A DNA stretch of 41,369 bases from an uncultured Methanomassiliicoccales archaeon (GTDB taxonomy: Archaea; Thermoplasmatota; Thermoplasmata; RBG-16-68-12), in assembly GCA_964348145.1 (NCBI GenBank), contig CAYGBO010000006.1, positions 28,450-69,818 of the forward strand. Reading direction: 5' to 3'. The stretch's first letter is position 1, and each line of letters begins with the position of its first letter. Positions 40,897 through 41,369 of the stretch are shown here, piece after piece. The notes under the pieces were generated by a model. It had not been told where the DNA came from, did no database searches, and worked only from the letters and a program-made list of their open reading frames with translations. The position numbers and the translations under genes were made by a program.

Positions 40897-41310
40897 TCAC
40901 TCGGACGTACCCATCAGGAGGTTGCCGTATACGAGCCCCGCGACGGTCCCTCCGAGAAGCGGGCCGATCCAGTAGACGGACCAGTTCGCAAAGACGTTCG
41001 CAACGAGGGCCGGGCCGAGCCAACGCGCGGGATTCATCGCGGCTCCTGTCAGGGGTCCGCCCATCATGATGTCGAGAGCGACCGTGAAGCCGATTGCCAG
41101 GCCTCCGACGGCGCGGAAGGCGCCCTTCGGATCAATGCCTGTTCCGTACACAACGAAAACGAGGAAAAACGTGAGGATGGCCTCGACGAGAATCGCGCTC
41201 CCGAGGGACACACCAGGCCCCACTTCGGGAGTGCCGAGATTCGATCCTTGCCACTCCCCCATCGGAAAAACGCCGAGGAGCGTGAGCGCCGCCGCGATGC
41301 CTGCAGCCAA
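40897..41310 (-). CDS. Aquaporin / MIP-family channel, C-terminal half (helices 4-6 with the second NPA box); the N-terminal part is in another frame and runs off the window
   Basis: GAAMNPARWLGPA (NPAR box) and WVYWIGPLLG. The ORF-track start is a TTG. The preceding MIP segment (GALVGRQISLRLAFVYWIP) is readable in a different frame upstream of about 41313. See the frameshift finding. Confidence 0.7.
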   Translation of the reverse strand: MAAGIAAALTLLGVFPMGEWQGSNLGTPEVGPGVSLGSAILVEAILTFFLVFVVYGTGIDPKGAFRAVGGLAIGFTVALDIMMGGPLTGAAMNPARWLGPALVANVFANWSVYWIGPLLGGTVAGLVYGNLLMGTSE

Positions 41311-41369
41311 CTGGGAATCCAGTAGACAAATGCAAGACGAAGGGAAATCTGCCGGCCTACGAGTGCGCC

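Noticed and set aside
1-41369. Search for CRISPR arrays, transposases, integrases, toxin-antitoxin pairs, restriction-modification genes or other defence and mobile signatures
   Set aside because: I saw no direct-repeat/spacer periodicity, no inverted terminal repeats, no recombinase or transposase motifs, and no compositional island. The only AT-rich patches are promoter-sized. The window looks like core chromosome.

Overview
GC-rich (roughly 60-65%) 41.4 kb window that reads as a chromosomal segment of an archaeon. Evidence for this: RadA, diphthine synthase, Trm5, TrmY, an Ogg2-type glycosylase, archaeal-type NAPRTase, and TATA-like boxes 25-36 nt upstream of many start codons, implying leaderless or short-leader mRNAs. 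A Thermoplasmatota-like heterotroph is a guess only. Gene density is high: about 40 CDS plus one tRNA-Arg(UCG). I found no CRISPR array, transposase, integrase or other mobile-element signature, and no recognisable defence island. Content is mostly housekeeping. This covers DNA repair (RadA, a giant Lhr-type helicase, MutY, MutT-like Nudix, Ogg2, SfsA, dCTP deaminase), tRNA and translation factor modification (Trm5, TrmY, Trm9-like, Dph5, AsnRS, RimI-like), and peptide and fatty-acid catabolism (S9, M17 and M20 peptidases, acyl-CoA dehydrogenase, thiolase). It also includes redox and stress functions (NiSOD sodN-sodX, hemerythrin, FNR-like reductase, orphan CoxL-like Mo-hydroxylase subunit). 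The most unusual items follow. (1) A ~700 nt ORF-free, helix-rich region next to the tRNA, which is a candidate structured ncRNA of undetermined identity. (2) A 1803-aa Lhr helicase whose ~940-aa C-terminal extension appears to carry two tandem YcaQ/AlkZ-like winged-helix modules. (3) A sodN-sodX nickel-SOD pair in an archaeal context. (4) MutY, MutT and Ogg2 clustered as a complete GO system. (5) A divergent pair of a PrsW-like intramembrane protease and a membrane-tethered triple zinc-ribbon/HhH/TPR protein. (6) A frameshifted aquaporin gene at the window edge. Many long ORFs in the six-frame track are antisense or off-frame shadows typical of high-GC DNA and were rejected. All product calls rest on motif recognition by eye, and no database search was run.
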